Shown: piece after piece, positions 1-10,936 of the stretch | Layout: every line of letters begins with the position of its first letter | How positions within the stretch are numbered: the stretch's first letter is position 1 | Source of the DNA: Terriglobales bacterium | Lineage (GTDB): Bacteria; Acidobacteriota; Terriglobia; Terriglobales; Acidobacteriaceae | NCBI GenBank assembly: GCA_963803205.1 | Contig: CAWDLG010000006.1 | Span: 116,977-180,976, forward strand | Length of the DNA: 64,000 nt | Direction of reading: 5' to 3' | Notes under the pieces: generated by a model | Seen by the model: only the letters and a program-made list of their open reading frames with translations | Told to the model about the DNA's origin: nothing | Databases searched by the model: none | Position numbers and translations under genes: made by a program

Positions 1-188
1 GTGAGCCAAAGGCGAGTGTCGTTACGGTGAAGTCACTTTCTCCGAAGGCCGGATCCGAGATTCGTTTGCTGGGCGAAAACAAGCCCCTGAAGTGGTCGCA
101 ACAGGGCGATGACATCAAAGTCGAATTGCCTGATAAACTTCCCGGTCACTATGCCTATGTGCTGCGGATCGCAGGGCCGGTATCCTGA
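1..188 (+). CDS. 3' end of a CDS truncated by the window edge; probably the C-terminal beta-sandwich of a secreted glycoside hydrolase (likely a GH29 alpha-L-fucosidase paralog)
   Basis: Frame 3 is open from the window edge to TGA at 186-188. The translation ...KVELPDKLPGHYAYVLRIAGPVS* parallels the C-terminus of the complete GH29 enzyme at 1583-3226 (...HIQVPSQAPGRYAYAFKISLE). It is absent from the ORF track because no start lies in the window. Confidence 0.45.
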   Translation, partial: EPKASVVTVKSLSPKAGSEIRLLGENKPLKWSQQGDDIKVELPDKLPGHYAYVLRIAGPVS

Positions 189-218
189 TGGCTCAAAATC
201 CAGGCAGCCCTAATTCCT

Positions 219-1532
219 ATGCAAATTTCTAACGAAGCCTCGCGAGAAGTCGCGGAGAAACCCAGCCAGCGGCCGCTCTTTCCGGCGGGCCACCTGTTGC
301 CGTTTATTCTGGTCACCGCACTCTTTTTCCTGTGGGGTATCCCCAACAACCTGAACGACGTGCTCATCCGGCAGTTCATGAAATCGTTCGATATCTCGCG
401 ATTTCAGGCGGGCTTGGTGCAGTCAGCGTTTTACATGGGCTATTTCCTCCTGGCCATGCCTGCTGCACTAATCATGCGGAAGCTGGGATACAAGGCCGGT
501 TTCGTGATGGGACTGCTTTTGTTCGGGCTAGGAACGTTCCTCTTCTGGCCGGCGGCGCTCGTGGGAAAATATTGGTTCTTCCTGTGCGCGCTCTTCGTCA
601 TTGCGAGTGGATTGTCCTTTCTGGAAACGGCCTCGAATCCTTTTATCGCGCAGGTGGGAGACCCTGAAACTTCCGAGCGGCGGCTCAATTTCTCTCAAGC
701 ATTCAATCCGCTGGGCGCCATCAGCGGCGTGCTGATTGGCACGGTGTTCATCTTCTCCGGAGTCGAACTAAGTGCCGAACAGGTCGGTTCGCTCAAGGCC
801 CGTCATCTTTATGAAGCGTATATGCGGACTGAGACCCTGCGAGTGGTCAAGCCCTATCTGGTGCTCGGGACCATCGCAGTGTTGTGGGCGTTGCTGATTT
901 TGCGCACGAAGTTCCCTCAGATTCAGAGTGAACACGAAGACGCCGGCGACCACGGTCATTTCGTTGAGTTGTTCAGTTATCCCCACTTCCTTCTGGCGGT
1001 GCTGGCGCAGTTCATGTACGTGGGAGCGCAGGTCGGCACGTGGAGCTATTTCATTCAGTATGTACAGGACTACACCCACCAGCCGGAAAAAGTCGCGGGA
1101 TATTTTTTGACGGGCACGCTGGTGGCTTTTGGCATCGGGCGGTTCCTGTCGGCGTACCTGATGAGATTTGTCGCTCCGCACAAGATGTTGGGTGGCTATG
1201 CGATTGCGAACGTCGCGTTGCTGATCGTCGGAGTGTCGCATCCGGGGTGGATTGGCCTGTGGGCCGTGTTTCTCACCAGTTTCTTCATGTCGCTAATGTT
1301 TCCCACCATCTTCGCGCTTGGCCTGAAAAAGCTCGGGCCAAATACAAAAATTGGCGGATCGCTGCTGGTGATGTCGATCGTTGGAGGCGCGGTACTCACT
1401 CCTATGATGGGCCTCATTGCGGAGACTTACCACAGCATTGCGGCAGCGTACCTGGTTCCGCTCGGGGCATACGTGGTGGTCGGCGGATACGCGCTGTTCG
1501 GGGCTATACCTCGTGGCGAGGCGGCGGCCTGA
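219..1532 (+). CDS. fucP: L-fucose:H+ symporter (MFS, FucP family)
   Basis: 437-aa multi-TM ORF. The block FFLWGIPNNLNDVLIRQFMKSF...FQAGLVQSAFYMGYF, and later AQFMYVGAQVGTWSYFIQY and MFPTIFALGLKKLG, closely track E. coli FucP as I remember it. Confidence 0.9.
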   Translation: MQISNEASREVAEKPSQRPLFPAGHLLPFILVTALFFLWGIPNNLNDVLIRQFMKSFDISRFQAGLVQSAFYMGYFLLAMPAALIMRKLGYKAGFVMGLLLFGLGTFLFWPAALVGKYWFFLCALFVIASGLSFLETASNPFIAQVGDPETSERRLNFSQAFNPLGAISGVLIGTVFIFSGVELSAEQVGSLKARHLYEAYMRTETLRVVKPYLVLGTIAVLWALLILRTKFPQIQSEHEDAGDHGHFVELFSYPHFLLAVLAQFMYVGAQVGTWSYFIQYVQDYTHQPEKVAGYFLTGTLVAFGIGRFLSAYLMRFVAPHKMLGGYAIANVALLIVGVSHPGWIGLWAVFLTSFFMSLMFPTIFALGLKKLGPNTKIGGSLLVMSIVGGAVLTPMMGLIAETYHSIAAAYLVPLGAYVVVGGYALFGAIPRGEAAA

Positions 1533-1582
1533 GCGCCTCGCAGGTTTGCGGCTTAGGTTCATCACACAGTGAGGAAGTGAAA

Positions 1583-3226
1583 ATGCCATCTCGATTCCTG
1601 GCGCGGCAGCTTTGCGGAGTGCTCGGAGTTCTATGCATTCTTCCTTCCGCGCTTCTTGCGCAATCGCCCACAGCGCCGACGGCTTCCCAGGACCCGGCCG
1701 TCATCGACCAGATGTGGCAGCAAACGACCTCCAAATACGACGCTCAGCGAGATTCCATTCTGAAGGAGGTGGACCGCGTCGGCCATGAAGGGCCGTTTCG
1801 TCCTGACTGGGAGTCGCTTCGCAAATACGAGGTGCCCGAGTGGTACAAGGACGCCAAGTTTGGAATCTTCATCCACTGGGGTGTCTATTCGGTTCCTGCT
1901 TTCGGAAACGAGTGGTATCCGCGAAATATGTATCGCGAGGGAACCGATGAATACAAGCATCACCGCGAGACCTATGGGCCGCAGGACAAGTTCGGCTACA
2001 AGGATTTCGTTCCCATGTTCAAGGCCGAACATTTTGATCCGGCTGCGTGGGCTCAGTTGTTTAAGGATGCCGGGGCAAAGTATGTGGTGCCCGTCGCCGA
2101 GCATCACGACGGCTTCGCCATGTACGACAGCGGGCTCAGCGACTGGACAGCGGCGAAAAAGGGGCCGCATCGCGACGTGATCGGCGATTTGGCAAAGGCC
2201 GTGCGGGCCCAGGGTCTTCATTTCGGCGTTTCGTCGCACCGGGTCGAACACAATTTCTTTCTCGGAGTGGGGCGGGCGATTCCCTCCGACATCAACGACC
2301 CAAAGTACGCCGACTTCTACGGTCCCGCGCACAACTGGCTTGAGAACAAGGATCACACGCCGCTTTCCAACGACTTCACCTACGTTTCGCCAAATTGGAC
2401 GAAGGACTGGCTCGCGCGGTCCTCGGAGATCGTGCAGAAATATCATCCCGAGATCATGTATTTCGACTGGTGGATCGGCCAGCCGTATGTGCGGCCTGAC
2501 CTGACGCGTTTCGCAGCCTACTACTACAACGCCTCGCCGAAATGGTCTGAGAAGGTCGGGGTCATCAACTACAAAGAGTATGCGATGGAGGAGCACTCGG
2601 CGGTCCTCGACGTCGAGCGCGGGCAGCTCGGGGATATCCGTCCTCTCTACTGGCAAACCGACACTTCGGTCAGCAACAAGTCCTGGGGAAACATCAAGGA
2701 CGATACCTTCAAGACTCCACAATTCATCATTCACCAGTTGGTCGATATTGTGAGCAAGAACGGAAACCTGCTGTTGAACATCGGGCCGCGATCTGACGGA
2801 ACCATCCCTGACGAAGTGCAGCAGGTGCTGCGCGACGTTGGCGCATGGCTTCGCGTGAATGGCGACGCCATCTATGGCACCCGGCCATGGCACGTTTACG
2901 GCGAAGGCCCCACTAAGGTAGCCGCGGGTGCGTTTCACGACACGGACACGGAGAATTACACGGCTTCTGATTTCCGCTTTACCACGAAGGGCGATGTGCT
3001 CTACGCAATCGAGCTGGGATGGCCTGCGAGTGGAGATGCGGTAGTGAAGTCCCTGGCCAGTTCGGCAGCCGGTAGCCCTAGAGTTCGCTCCGTCTCATTG
3101 CTCGGAGGAAATGGCGATATTCAGTTCAAGCAGGAGGCGGACGGCCTGCACATTCAGGTTCCGTCGCAAGCTCCGGGAAGGTATGCCTACGCCTTCAAAA
3201 TCAGCCTGGAAAATGTCGCGAAATAA
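1583..3226 (+). CDS. secreted alpha-L-fucosidase, GH29
   Basis: The ORF 1040-3226 overlaps fucP at its 5' end. The internal ATG at 1583 gives a Sec signal peptide, MPSRFLARQLCGVLGVLCILPSALLAQS. GH29-type motifs are present: FGIFIHWGVYSVPAFGNEWYPRNMY, VAEHHDGFAMYDS, NGNLLLNIGP. Confidence 0.9.
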   Translation: MPSRFLARQLCGVLGVLCILPSALLAQSPTAPTASQDPAVIDQMWQQTTSKYDAQRDSILKEVDRVGHEGPFRPDWESLRKYEVPEWYKDAKFGIFIHWGVYSVPAFGNEWYPRNMYREGTDEYKHHRETYGPQDKFGYKDFVPMFKAEHFDPAAWAQLFKDAGAKYVVPVAEHHDGFAMYDSGLSDWTAAKKGPHRDVIGDLAKAVRAQGLHFGVSSHRVEHNFFLGVGRAIPSDINDPKYADFYGPAHNWLENKDHTPLSNDFTYVSPNWTKDWLARSSEIVQKYHPEIMYFDWWIGQPYVRPDLTRFAAYYYNASPKWSEKVGVINYKEYAMEEHSAVLDVERGQLGDIRPLYWQTDTSVSNKSWGNIKDDTFKTPQFIIHQLVDIVSKNGNLLLNIGPRSDGTIPDEVQQVLRDVGAWLRVNGDAIYGTRPWHVYGEGPTKVAAGAFHDTDTENYTASDFRFTTKGDVLYAIELGWPASGDAVVKSLASSAAGSPRVRSVSLLGGNGDIQFKQEADGLHIQVPSQAPGRYAYAFKISLENVAK

Positions 3227-3235
3227 AGTTGCCGG

Positions 3236-6200
3236 CTAGCGAAGCTCTTCGCTCGGCTGAAGCGCAGTGGCACGGCGCTTTCTCGAAATCCGCAAGCGCA
3301 GGCGATCCAGATAAAGATAGATCACAGGAGTGGTGAAAAGGGTCAGCGCCTGGCTGACGATCAATCCACCTACGATCGTGATGCCGAGCGGGCGCCGCAG
3401 CTCCGAGCCCGTGCCTGTGCCCAGGGCGAGGGGCAGGCCGCCGAGGAGCGCTGCCATCGTCGTCATCATTATGGGACGGAAGCGGAGAATGCAGGCTTCG
3501 TAGATCGAGTCTCTTGAATTCTTTCCTTCGGTGCGCTCGGCGTCCAGAGCGAAGTCGATCATCATGATCGCGTTCTTCTTCACGATGCCGATGAGAAGAA
3601 TAATGCCGATCAATCCGATCACGTTGAGCTCGTTGTGAGTCAGCAGGAGCGCAAGGATTGCGCCTACGCCCGCCGAAGGCAGCGTCGACAGGATCGTGAT
3701 GGGGTGGATGTAGCTTTCGTACAGAACTCCGAGAACGATGTAAACCGTGACCAGCGCGGCCAGAATGAGCAGCGGCTCACTTTGCAACGAACTCTGGAAT
3801 GCAGCCGCTGTACCCTGGAAGCTCGCGTTGATGGTGGATGGGAAGCCGATCGAGCGCTCAGCCTGTTCAATCATCTCGGTGGCCTCGCCCAGGGATACGC
3901 CGGGAGCAAGATTGAAAGACAGGGTGACTGACGGATATTGCCCCTGATGGCTGACCGCCAGCGGTGTGTTGGTGCTGGCGAAATGGGCGAAGGCAGCCAG
4001 CGGAACCGCAGTCCCTGTGGAGGACCGAACATAGATGTTCTGGAGCGCTTCGGCGCTGCGCGAGAATTCGGGCGCGACTTCCATTATCACGTGGTACTGG
4101 TTCAGCTGGCGATACATGATGGAAACCTGGCGCTGGCCAAAGGCGTCGTAAAGCGCGTTGTCGATATCGGCCGCGGCAAGACCCAGGCGCGCGGCAGTAT
4201 CGCGGTCGACTGCGACGGTGGCTTGCAGGCCTTTATCCTGCTGGTCGGTGTTGACGTCGCGCAGTTGTGGGAGAGAACGCAGCTTCTGCAAGAGGCGCGG
4301 CGACCAGTGATTCAGGTCGTCCAGATTTTCCCCTTGCAGGGTGTATTGGAACTGCGCCTGACTCTGGCGTCCGCCGATGGTGAGATCCTGCGCGGCCTGC
4401 ATATAGAGCGTGGCGCCCGGAACCACGGCGAGCTTGCGTCGCAGGCGCGCGATCACCTGGTCCGCCGAGATCTTCCGCTCGTCCAGCGGCTTGAGGGTGA
4501 TGAACATCCTTCCGGAGTTGGAAGAGGTATTGCCGCCGGCAAAACCCACGATGGTTTGAACCGCCGGATCCTGCATGACCAGGTTCACGAACTGGGTCAT
4601 CTTCTGCTTCATAGCATCGAAGGAAATGTCCTGGGCTGCCTGCACGGATCCGGCCACACGCCCGGTGTCCTGCTGGGGAAAGAACCCCTTGGGGACGATT
4701 ATGTAGAGATAGATGCTCAAAGCGGCGGTGGCCAGCGTGACCACCAGCATGAGGGGCTGATAACGCAGCACCCATTCCAGGCTGTAGCGGTATATGCTGA
4801 GAACCCGGTTGAAAACCCCTTCGCTGAAGTGATAAATGCGACCGTGCTTTTCTTCGTCGAGTGGACGAAGAAACTTGGCGCACATCGCAGGCGTGGTGGT
4901 GAGGGAAACCAGCAGAGAGACGCCGATGGCGATGCTAAGAGTGACGGCAAACTCGCGGAACAGGCGCCCGACGATCCCTCCCATGAGCAGAATCGGGATG
5001 AACACGGCAACGAGCGACGTGCTCATGGAGAGAACGGTAAACCCGATTTCACGCGCGCCGCGAAACGCAGAGGGAACCGGCGCCATGCCCTTTTCCAGGT
5101 AGCGAGTGATGTTTTCCAGCACGACGATGGCGTCATCGACCACAAAACCTGTCGAGATGGCCAGTGCCATCAGCGACAGGTTGTCCAGGCTGTAGCCCAG
5201 CAGATACATGACGCCGAAAGTTCCAATCAGCGACAGCGGGACGGCCACGCTGGGGATCAAAGTAGCGCGAAAGGTTCGCAGGAAGGCGAACACCACCAGA
5301 ATCACCAGGATCACAGAGATGATCAGGGTGATTTCGATGTCGTGCACCGACGCACGCACTGTCGTGGTGCGGTCCATAACCACTTTCAGGTCGATCGCCG
5401 GAGAAATAGAGGATTTCAGCAGGGGCAATTCCGCCCTGACGCGGTCCACGGTGCCGATAATGTTCGCGCCGGGTTGCCGGAAGACGATGACAAGCACCGC
5501 CGGTTTCCCGTTTGCGAGACCGACCACGCGGATGTCTTCTACGGAGTCCTGCACGTCTGCAACGTCCGCCAGGCGGACAGTCGCGCCATCATGAGAAGCG
5601 ACGATCAGGTTGCGATACTGGTCGGCGCGAAAGATCTGATCGTTGGCGGCAATCGTCCAGGCATTTTCAGGTCCAGCCACCTCGCCCTTCGGCCGATTCG
5701 CATTGGCTGCGCCAAGCGCTGTGCGAACAGTATCCAGTCCGAGTCCCAGCTTGTTCAGAAGAGTGGGATTGAGTTCGGCACGCACGGCCGGCCTCGCGCC
5801 GCCGCCTACGAACACCTGTCCCACACCTTCCACCTGCGACAACTTCTGCGCCAGGATGGAATCGGCGGCGTCGTACATCTTGGGCAGAGTCACCAGGTCG
5901 GAGGTTAGAGCGAGAATCATGATCGGCGCGTCCGCCGGGTTGACTTTGCGGTAGGTCGGATTGCCCGGCAGGTTTGCGGGTAGCTGGCTGCGCGCTGCGT
6001 TGATGGCAGCCTGCACGTCTCGTCCGGCCGCGTCGATGTTGCGGTTGAGATCGAACTGCAACGCAATGCTGGTGGAACCAAGCTGGCTGCTCGAGGTCAT
6101 CTGGTTGATGCCCGCGATCCGCCCGAACTGCCGCTCCAGGGGAGTGGCCACGGCAGACGCCATAGTTTCCGGACTGGCTCCCGGCAATCCGGCAAAAACC

Positions 6201-6337
6201 TGGATGACTGGAAACTCCACCTGCGGAAGCGGAGCCACGGGAAGGTAGTTGAAGGCCAGCGCGCCCGCCATCAAGACCGCGATCGTCAGGAGGGAAGTGC
6301 CGATCGGACGTTTGATGAATGGCGCGGAAATGTTCAT
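3236..6337 (-). CDS. mdtC: RND multidrug efflux permease, MdtC-like
   Basis: 1033-aa ORF. The N-terminus LPVAPLPQVEFPVIQVFAGLPGASPETMASAVATPLERQFGRIAG and the blocks [14 protein letters not shown] and [11 protein letters not shown] match the MdtC/AcrB-superfamily pattern. It is the third gene of a co-directional MFP-RND-RND operon. Confidence 0.9.
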   Translation of the reverse strand: MNISAPFIKRPIGTSLLTIAVLMAGALAFNYLPVAPLPQVEFPVIQVFAGLPGASPETMASAVATPLERQFGRIAGINQMTSSSQLGSTSIALQFDLNRNIDAAGRDVQAAINAARSQLPANLPGNPTYRKVNPADAPIMILALTSDLVTLPKMYDAADSILAQKLSQVEGVGQVFVGGGARPAVRAELNPTLLNKLGLGLDTVRTALGAANANRPKGEVAGPENAWTIAANDQIFRADQYRNLIVASHDGATVRLADVADVQDSVEDIRVVGLANGKPAVLVIVFRQPGANIIGTVDRVRAELPLLKSSISPAIDLKVVMDRTTTVRASVHDIEITLIISVILVILVVFAFLRTFRATLIPSVAVPLSLIGTFGVMYLLGYSLDNLSLMALAISTGFVVDDAIVVLENITRYLEKGMAPVPSAFRGAREIGFTVLSMSTSLVAVFIPILLMGGIVGRLFREFAVTLSIAIGVSLLVSLTTTPAMCAKFLRPLDEEKHGRIYHFSEGVFNRVLSIYRYSLEWVLRYQPLMLVVTLATAALSIYLYIIVPKGFFPQQDTGRVAGSVQAAQDISFDAMKQKMTQFVNLVMQDPAVQTIVGFAGGNTSSNSGRMFITLKPLDERKISADQVIARLRRKLAVVPGATLYMQAAQDLTIGGRQSQAQFQYTLQGENLDDLNHWSPRLLQKLRSLPQLRDVNTDQQDKGLQATVAVDRDTAARLGLAAADIDNALYDAFGQRQVSIMYRQLNQYHVIMEVAPEFSRSAEALQNIYVRSSTGTAVPLAAFAHFASTNTPLAVSHQGQYPSVTLSFNLAPGVSLGEATEMIEQAERSIGFPSTINASFQGTAAAFQSSLQSEPLLILAALVTVYIVLGVLYESYIHPITILSTLPSAGVGAILALLLTHNELNVIGLIGIILLIGIVKKNAIMMIDFALDAERTEGKNSRDSIYEACILRFRPIMMTTMAALLGGLPLALGTGTGSELRRPLGITIVGGLIVSQALTLFTTPVIYLYLDRLRLRISRKRRATALQPSEELR

Positions 6338-6340
6338 GGA

Positions 6341-9300
6341 TCAGTCCGCAGAGATATTCTCTCCGGCCGGAACTTCAATTCGATTGCCGATCTGAAAGCC
6401 TGAAAACCGGGTTGCCAGGCGGTCGAACCAGAGATACACGACGGGCGTGGTGTAAAGGGTCAGAAGCTGACTGAGCAGGAGCCCGCCGACGATGGTGATT
6501 CCCAGGGGATGACGCAACTCGGATCCGGTGCCTGTTCCCAGGGCCAGCGGCAGCCCGCCAAGCAGTGCTGCCATCGTTGTCATCATGATCGGGCGGAAGC
6601 GCAGCAGGCAGGCCTGAAAGATGGCTTCCTCCGGTGGCTTGTGCTCCTCGCGCTCGGCTTCCAGGGCAAAATCGATCATCATGATCGCGTTCTTCTTCAC
6701 GATGCCGATCAGGAGGATGATGCCGATCAGGGCGACGACGCCGAGATCATTGCGAGTGAGCAGCAAGGCCAGGATTGCTCCCACTCCGGCCGAGGGAAGC
6801 GTAGACAGAATCGTGACCGGGTGGATGTAGCTTTCGTACAGCACGCCCAGCACGATATAGACGGTAATAATCGCCGCCAGAATCAGCCAGGGCTCGGAAG
6901 AGAGCGAAGTGCGGAAGGCCGCTGCCGTTCCCTGAAAGCTGGTATGCACGCTGGCGGGCAGGTGAATTTCCTGCTCGGCGCGGTCGATGGCCTTGGTCGC
7001 CTCACCCAGGGAAACGCCCGGAGCCAGATTGAAAGACAACGTAACGACCGGGAACTGGCCCTGGTGATTGATCGCGAGCGCGGTATTGGAGGTTTCGAAG
7101 TGGCTGAATGCGGAGAGGGGAACCGGGGTTCCGCTGCCCGATTTCACGTAGATACTTTTCAGCGCGTCCGGGTTCTGCCGGAATTGCGGATCGACCTCCA
7201 GCACCACGTGGTACTGGTTGAGCTGAGTGAAGATCGTGGACACCTGTCGCTGGCCGAAGGAATCGTAGAGCGTGTCATCAATCGCCTGCGGCAGAATGCC
7301 GAGCCGCGAGGCGGTGTCACGATCGATCACCAGATCGGCCTGCAATCCGTTGTTCTGCTGATCGCTGGCGACATCTCGCATTTCGGGTAAAGCTCGAAGC
7401 TTCTCCACCAGCTTCGGCGCGATTGTGCCCAGTTCCTGGGCATCGGCGTCTTCCAACGAATACTGATACTGGGTTCGGCTGATGCGGTCTTCCACGGTGA
7501 GATCCTGCACCGGCTGCATATAAAGGGTGATGCCGGTGACCTTCGCCAGTTCGGGTTGGAGTCGGCGGATGATTTCGCTCGCAGTTGCGCTGCGCTCGTC
7601 GCGCGGCTTGAGGTTGATCTGAATCCGGCCGCTGTTGGGCGTTGTATTCGTCCCGTCAATTCCGATGAACGAAGAAAGATTTTCGACGGCGGGATCGTTC
7701 AGGATGACGTGCGCGAGACTCAACTGGCGCTCGGCCATGGCGCTGAAAGAAACGCTCTGCGGCGCCTCCGAGATACCGAGAATCATGCCGGTGTCCTGCA
7801 CGGGAAAGAAGCCTTTGGGAACGATGACGTAGAGAAACAGCGTCAAAACCAGCGTTCCCGCGGTGACCAGCAGAGTTGCGGTTTGATGCTGCAAGACGAA
7901 TTTCAGGGTCCGCCCGTAGAACTCGATTACGCGGTTGTAGAAATTCTCTGAAGACTTGTAAAACTGGCCATGGCGCTCAGGATCATGCCTTTTCAGTAGC
8001 TTGGCGCACATCATGGGCGTCAGGGTGAGAGATACGACGGCTGAGACCAAAATCGTGACCGCCAACGTGACGGCGAATTCGCGAAAAAGACGGCCGACGA
8101 TATCGCCCATGAACAACAGAGGAATCAGCACCGCGATGAGAGAAACCGTCAGTGAAACAATGGTGAACCCAATCTGTCCTGCGCCCTTCAGCGCGGCTTG
8201 AAACGGTGACTCGCCTTCCTCCAGGAAGCGCTCGATGTTTTCGATCATGACGATGGCATCGTCGACCACGAACCCGGTAGAAATCGTCAACGCCATCAGC
8301 GTCAGGTTGTTCAGGCTGTAGCCGAGCAGATACATCACTCCGAATGTGCCGACGAGCGAAAGCGGCACAGCAACACTTGGAATTACCGTCGCCGAGAGGT
8401 TCCGCAGGAAAAGGAAAATCACCATCACGACCAGGCCGACGGTGAGCATCAGTTCGAACTGAACATCCTTAACCGAGGCGCGGATGGTTTGAGTGCGGTC
8501 GGTGAGAATCTGGACCTTGACCGCCGAAGGTAGCGAAGATTGCAGCACTGGCAGCAACTGCTTGACCCGATCGGCAACGCCGATAATGTTTGCGCCCGGC
8601 TGCCGCTGAATGTTTACGATCACCGCCGGGGTGGTGTTGACCCAGGCGGCCTGCTTCACGTTCTCGGCGCTGTCGACAGCAGTGGCAATATCGGAAAGGC
8701 GAACCGGCGCGCCGTCGCGATAGGCAATGATGACCTCGTTATATTGCTTGCTTGAACTCAGCTGATCGTTTGCGCCGATGGTGTAGGACTGCCGCGGGCC
8801 GTCCAGCACGCCCTTGGCCTGGTTGACGTTGGCCACTGCCAGCGCTGAACGCAGATCTTCGAGGCTCAGTCCGTAGGAGGCCAGCGCGGTAGGATTCGCC
8901 TGGATCCGGACGGCGGGCTTCTGCCCGCCGCTGATTGAAACCAGGCCAACTCCGGGAAGCTGCGAAATCTTCTGCGCCAGCGCGGTGTCCGCCAGGTCTT
9001 CCACTTTGGAGAGCGGAAGAGTGTTTGAGGTCAGGGCGAGAGTAAGAATCGGCGCATCCGCCGGATTCACTTTGCTGTAGATCGGCGGATTGGGGAGATC
9101 GCGCGGCAGATAGGTAGTCGCGGCGTTAATGGCCGCCTGTACCTGCTGCTCTTCGACGTCTATGTTCTGGTCCAGATTGAATTGCAGAGTAATGATCGAG
9201 CTTCCCAGAGAGCTCGTGGAGGTCATCTGGCTCAGGCCAGGGACCTGACCGAACTGGCGTTCCAGCGGCGCAGTAACCGACGAGGCCATCACTTCAGGGT

Positions 9301-9463
9301 TTGCGCCGGGATAGAAGGTGGCGACTTGTATGGTGGGATAATCGACTTCGGGGAGTGCGGAAACAGGCAGTTCGCGGTACGCAACGATTCCCACCAGCAG
9401 CAGCCCGACCATCAGGAGCGTGGTCGCCACTGGGCGAAGAATGAAGATGCGCGACGGACTCAT
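6341..9463 (-). CDS. mdtB: RND multidrug efflux permease, MdtB-like
   Basis: 1040-aa [68 protein letters not shown] is nearly collinear with E. coli MdtB. Its start overlaps the stop of the upstream MFP gene (ATGA at 9460-9463). Confidence 0.9.
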   Translation of the reverse strand: MSPSRIFILRPVATTLLMVGLLLVGIVAYRELPVSALPEVDYPTIQVATFYPGANPEVMASSVTAPLERQFGQVPGLSQMTSTSSLGSSIITLQFNLDQNIDVEEQQVQAAINAATTYLPRDLPNPPIYSKVNPADAPILTLALTSNTLPLSKVEDLADTALAQKISQLPGVGLVSISGGQKPAVRIQANPTALASYGLSLEDLRSALAVANVNQAKGVLDGPRQSYTIGANDQLSSSKQYNEVIIAYRDGAPVRLSDIATAVDSAENVKQAAWVNTTPAVIVNIQRQPGANIIGVADRVKQLLPVLQSSLPSAVKVQILTDRTQTIRASVKDVQFELMLTVGLVVMVIFLFLRNLSATVIPSVAVPLSLVGTFGVMYLLGYSLNNLTLMALTISTGFVVDDAIVMIENIERFLEEGESPFQAALKGAGQIGFTIVSLTVSLIAVLIPLLFMGDIVGRLFREFAVTLAVTILVSAVVSLTLTPMMCAKLLKRHDPERHGQFYKSSENFYNRVIEFYGRTLKFVLQHQTATLLVTAGTLVLTLFLYVIVPKGFFPVQDTGMILGISEAPQSVSFSAMAERQLSLAHVILNDPAVENLSSFIGIDGTNTTPNSGRIQINLKPRDERSATASEIIRRLQPELAKVTGITLYMQPVQDLTVEDRISRTQYQYSLEDADAQELGTIAPKLVEKLRALPEMRDVASDQQNNGLQADLVIDRDTASRLGILPQAIDDTLYDSFGQRQVSTIFTQLNQYHVVLEVDPQFRQNPDALKSIYVKSGSGTPVPLSAFSHFETSNTALAINHQGQFPVVTLSFNLAPGVSLGEATKAIDRAEQEIHLPASVHTSFQGTAAAFRTSLSSEPWLILAAIITVYIVLGVLYESYIHPVTILSTLPSAGVGAILALLLTRNDLGVVALIGIILLIGIVKKNAIMMIDFALEAEREEHKPPEEAIFQACLLRFRPIMMTTMAALLGGLPLALGTGTGSELRHPLGITIVGGLLLSQLLTLYTTPVVYLWFDRLATRFSGFQIGNRIEVPAGENISAD

Positions 9464-10767
9464 GGCGCTCCGCTACCGGAGGGCTGCTGGCTCCGTGCTC
9501 CTGGTGCCGCACCGCTTCGCGGTTCTACCTTCATGTTGGGCTGAAGCTTGTCCTGCCCATCGACGACGACCACGTCGCCGGGCGAAATGCCGCTTTGGAT
9601 TGACGCAAGATTGTCTTCGGTGAGCGCGACTGTAACCGGGCTCACAGCGACCGTATTGTCCTGCTTGACACTGAAAACGTAGGTGCCCTGGGGCCCGCGC
9701 TGCACCGCAGCGGAAGGAATCACGGTGCTGTCCTTGCGCGTTTCCAGCAAAAGCCGCACATTTACGAACTGATTGGGCCAGAGCAGGCGGTCCTTGTTGT
9801 CAAACACTGATTTCAACTTACCGGTCCCGGTGGACGCGTCGATCTGGTTGTCGATCGTAAGCAGCTTGCCGGTCGCCAGCTTTGTCTGGTCGTTCCGGCT
9901 ATATGCATCCACCTCGAGTGTGGAATGCTGCATGTGCTGGGCAACCGTCGGCAACTGATCTTCCGGCAGCGTGAACAGTATGGAGATCGGCTGGAGCTGC
10001 GTTATCACCAGCAGGGGATTGGCGTCGGCGGCGTGGACCATGTTGCCCACATCGACCAGGCGCAAGCCCACTCTGCCGCTGATGGGCGCCGTGATGCGGC
10101 AATAGGTAAGGTTCAGCTTGGCGTTGTCGATAGCGGCGTGGTCGGCGCGCACGGCGCCCTCAAACTGGTCGGCTGCGGCGCGCTGCGTGTCCACCTGCTG
10201 CTGGGACATGGCACCCGAGACCTTGAGCAGTTCTTTATAGCGCTCGTAGTTCAACTGCGCGTCCCGTAATTGCGCCTGATCGCGGAACAAGGAAGCCTGT
10301 GCCTGGCTCAGCGCCACCTCATAGGGCCGGGGGTCGATGGTGATCAGGAGGTCTCCCTGATTCACATACTGGCCCTCTTTGAAGTTGATGTGGTCCAACT
10401 GGCCGTCAACCCGAGCGCGGAGGCTCACGGTGTTAAAGGCCGTCACCGAGCCCAGGCCTTTGAGGTAGACGGGCACGTCCCGGCGTTCAGCCGTCGCGAC
10501 TCCAACCGGAATCGATGACTGCCGGGTCGAGGCACGGGCGGTGTCAGGAGATTTAGAGCCTGAGCATGCAGCGAGAGACAGGCAGCAAACGAGGGAGATC
10601 AAGAAAAATGCGGATGAAAAGCGCCTGGATTGGTGAGACTCGTCGTCGGCTGGAGGCAGGCTGGCACGTGCCGATCCACCATGCACTGCGGATCGCGAAT
10701 TGTTCACTTGGCGGTTCCTCGGGGCGCTGGTTCCTGCGGGAAAGATAACGTTGAACCTAAATCCCAT
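9460..10767 (-). CDS. mdtA: RND efflux membrane-fusion (periplasmic adaptor) lipoprotein, MdtA-like
   Basis: It has a lipobox-like SLAAC after a hydrophobic stretch, then a biotinyl-lipoyl/coiled-coil/beta-barrel adaptor pattern ([11 protein letters not shown]..., [10 protein letters not shown]). The true start is uncertain: the first approx. 50 codons look non-native, and an in-frame GTG near 10680 is possible. Confidence 0.8.
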   Translation of the reverse strand: MGFRFNVIFPAGTSAPRNRQVNNSRSAVHGGSARASLPPADDESHQSRRFSSAFFLISLVCCLSLAACSGSKSPDTARASTRQSSIPVGVATAERRDVPVYLKGLGSVTAFNTVSLRARVDGQLDHINFKEGQYVNQGDLLITIDPRPYEVALSQAQASLFRDQAQLRDAQLNYERYKELLKVSGAMSQQQVDTQRAAADQFEGAVRADHAAIDNAKLNLTYCRITAPISGRVGLRLVDVGNMVHAADANPLLVITQLQPISILFTLPEDQLPTVAQHMQHSTLEVDAYSRNDQTKLATGKLLTIDNQIDASTGTGKLKSVFDNKDRLLWPNQFVNVRLLLETRKDSTVIPSAAVQRGPQGTYVFSVKQDNTVAVSPVTVALTEDNLASIQSGISPGDVVVVDGQDKLQPNMKVEPRSGAAPGARSQQPSGSGAP

Positions 10768-10936
10768 TGGACGTCCCCAAAGTGTAGTGGGTTGCGGATT
10801 ATTTGTCTCTTTACAATACTTTACACTGCTTCAGGACGAAGCGAACGGTGGCCTTTGCCTGTTTCCTTCGGCACCATAACACGCAGGGTCAAGGCAACAA
10901 AAGCACTGCCCAAAGCGGGTAGGAAAGCGCACTTCG

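Noticed and set aside
1040-1582. The 5' extension of the fucosidase ORF, which overlaps fucP by about 490 nt.
   Set aside because: The extension translates to Arg/Gly-rich nonsense. A proper signal peptide begins at the ATG at 1583, just after the fucP stop. The same reasoning trims the 5' ends of the ORFs at 12138, 16112-17395, 17326-18930, 18828-21107, 22531, 29559-31187, 31232, 36578-38335, 42641-44344, 49620, 51198, 58583, 61268-62902 and 62988.
3938-5908. A 656-aa plus-strand ORF inside mdtC. Similar long antisense ORFs occur at 1631-2938 (-), 6509-7390 (+), 53102-54250 (-) and 56585-57958 (-).
   Set aside because: All lie opposite genes with unmistakable homology (RND pump, GH29, glyS, ppdK). 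They have Arg/His/Gly-rich low-complexity translations and no start-site context. They are GC-driven shadow ORFs.
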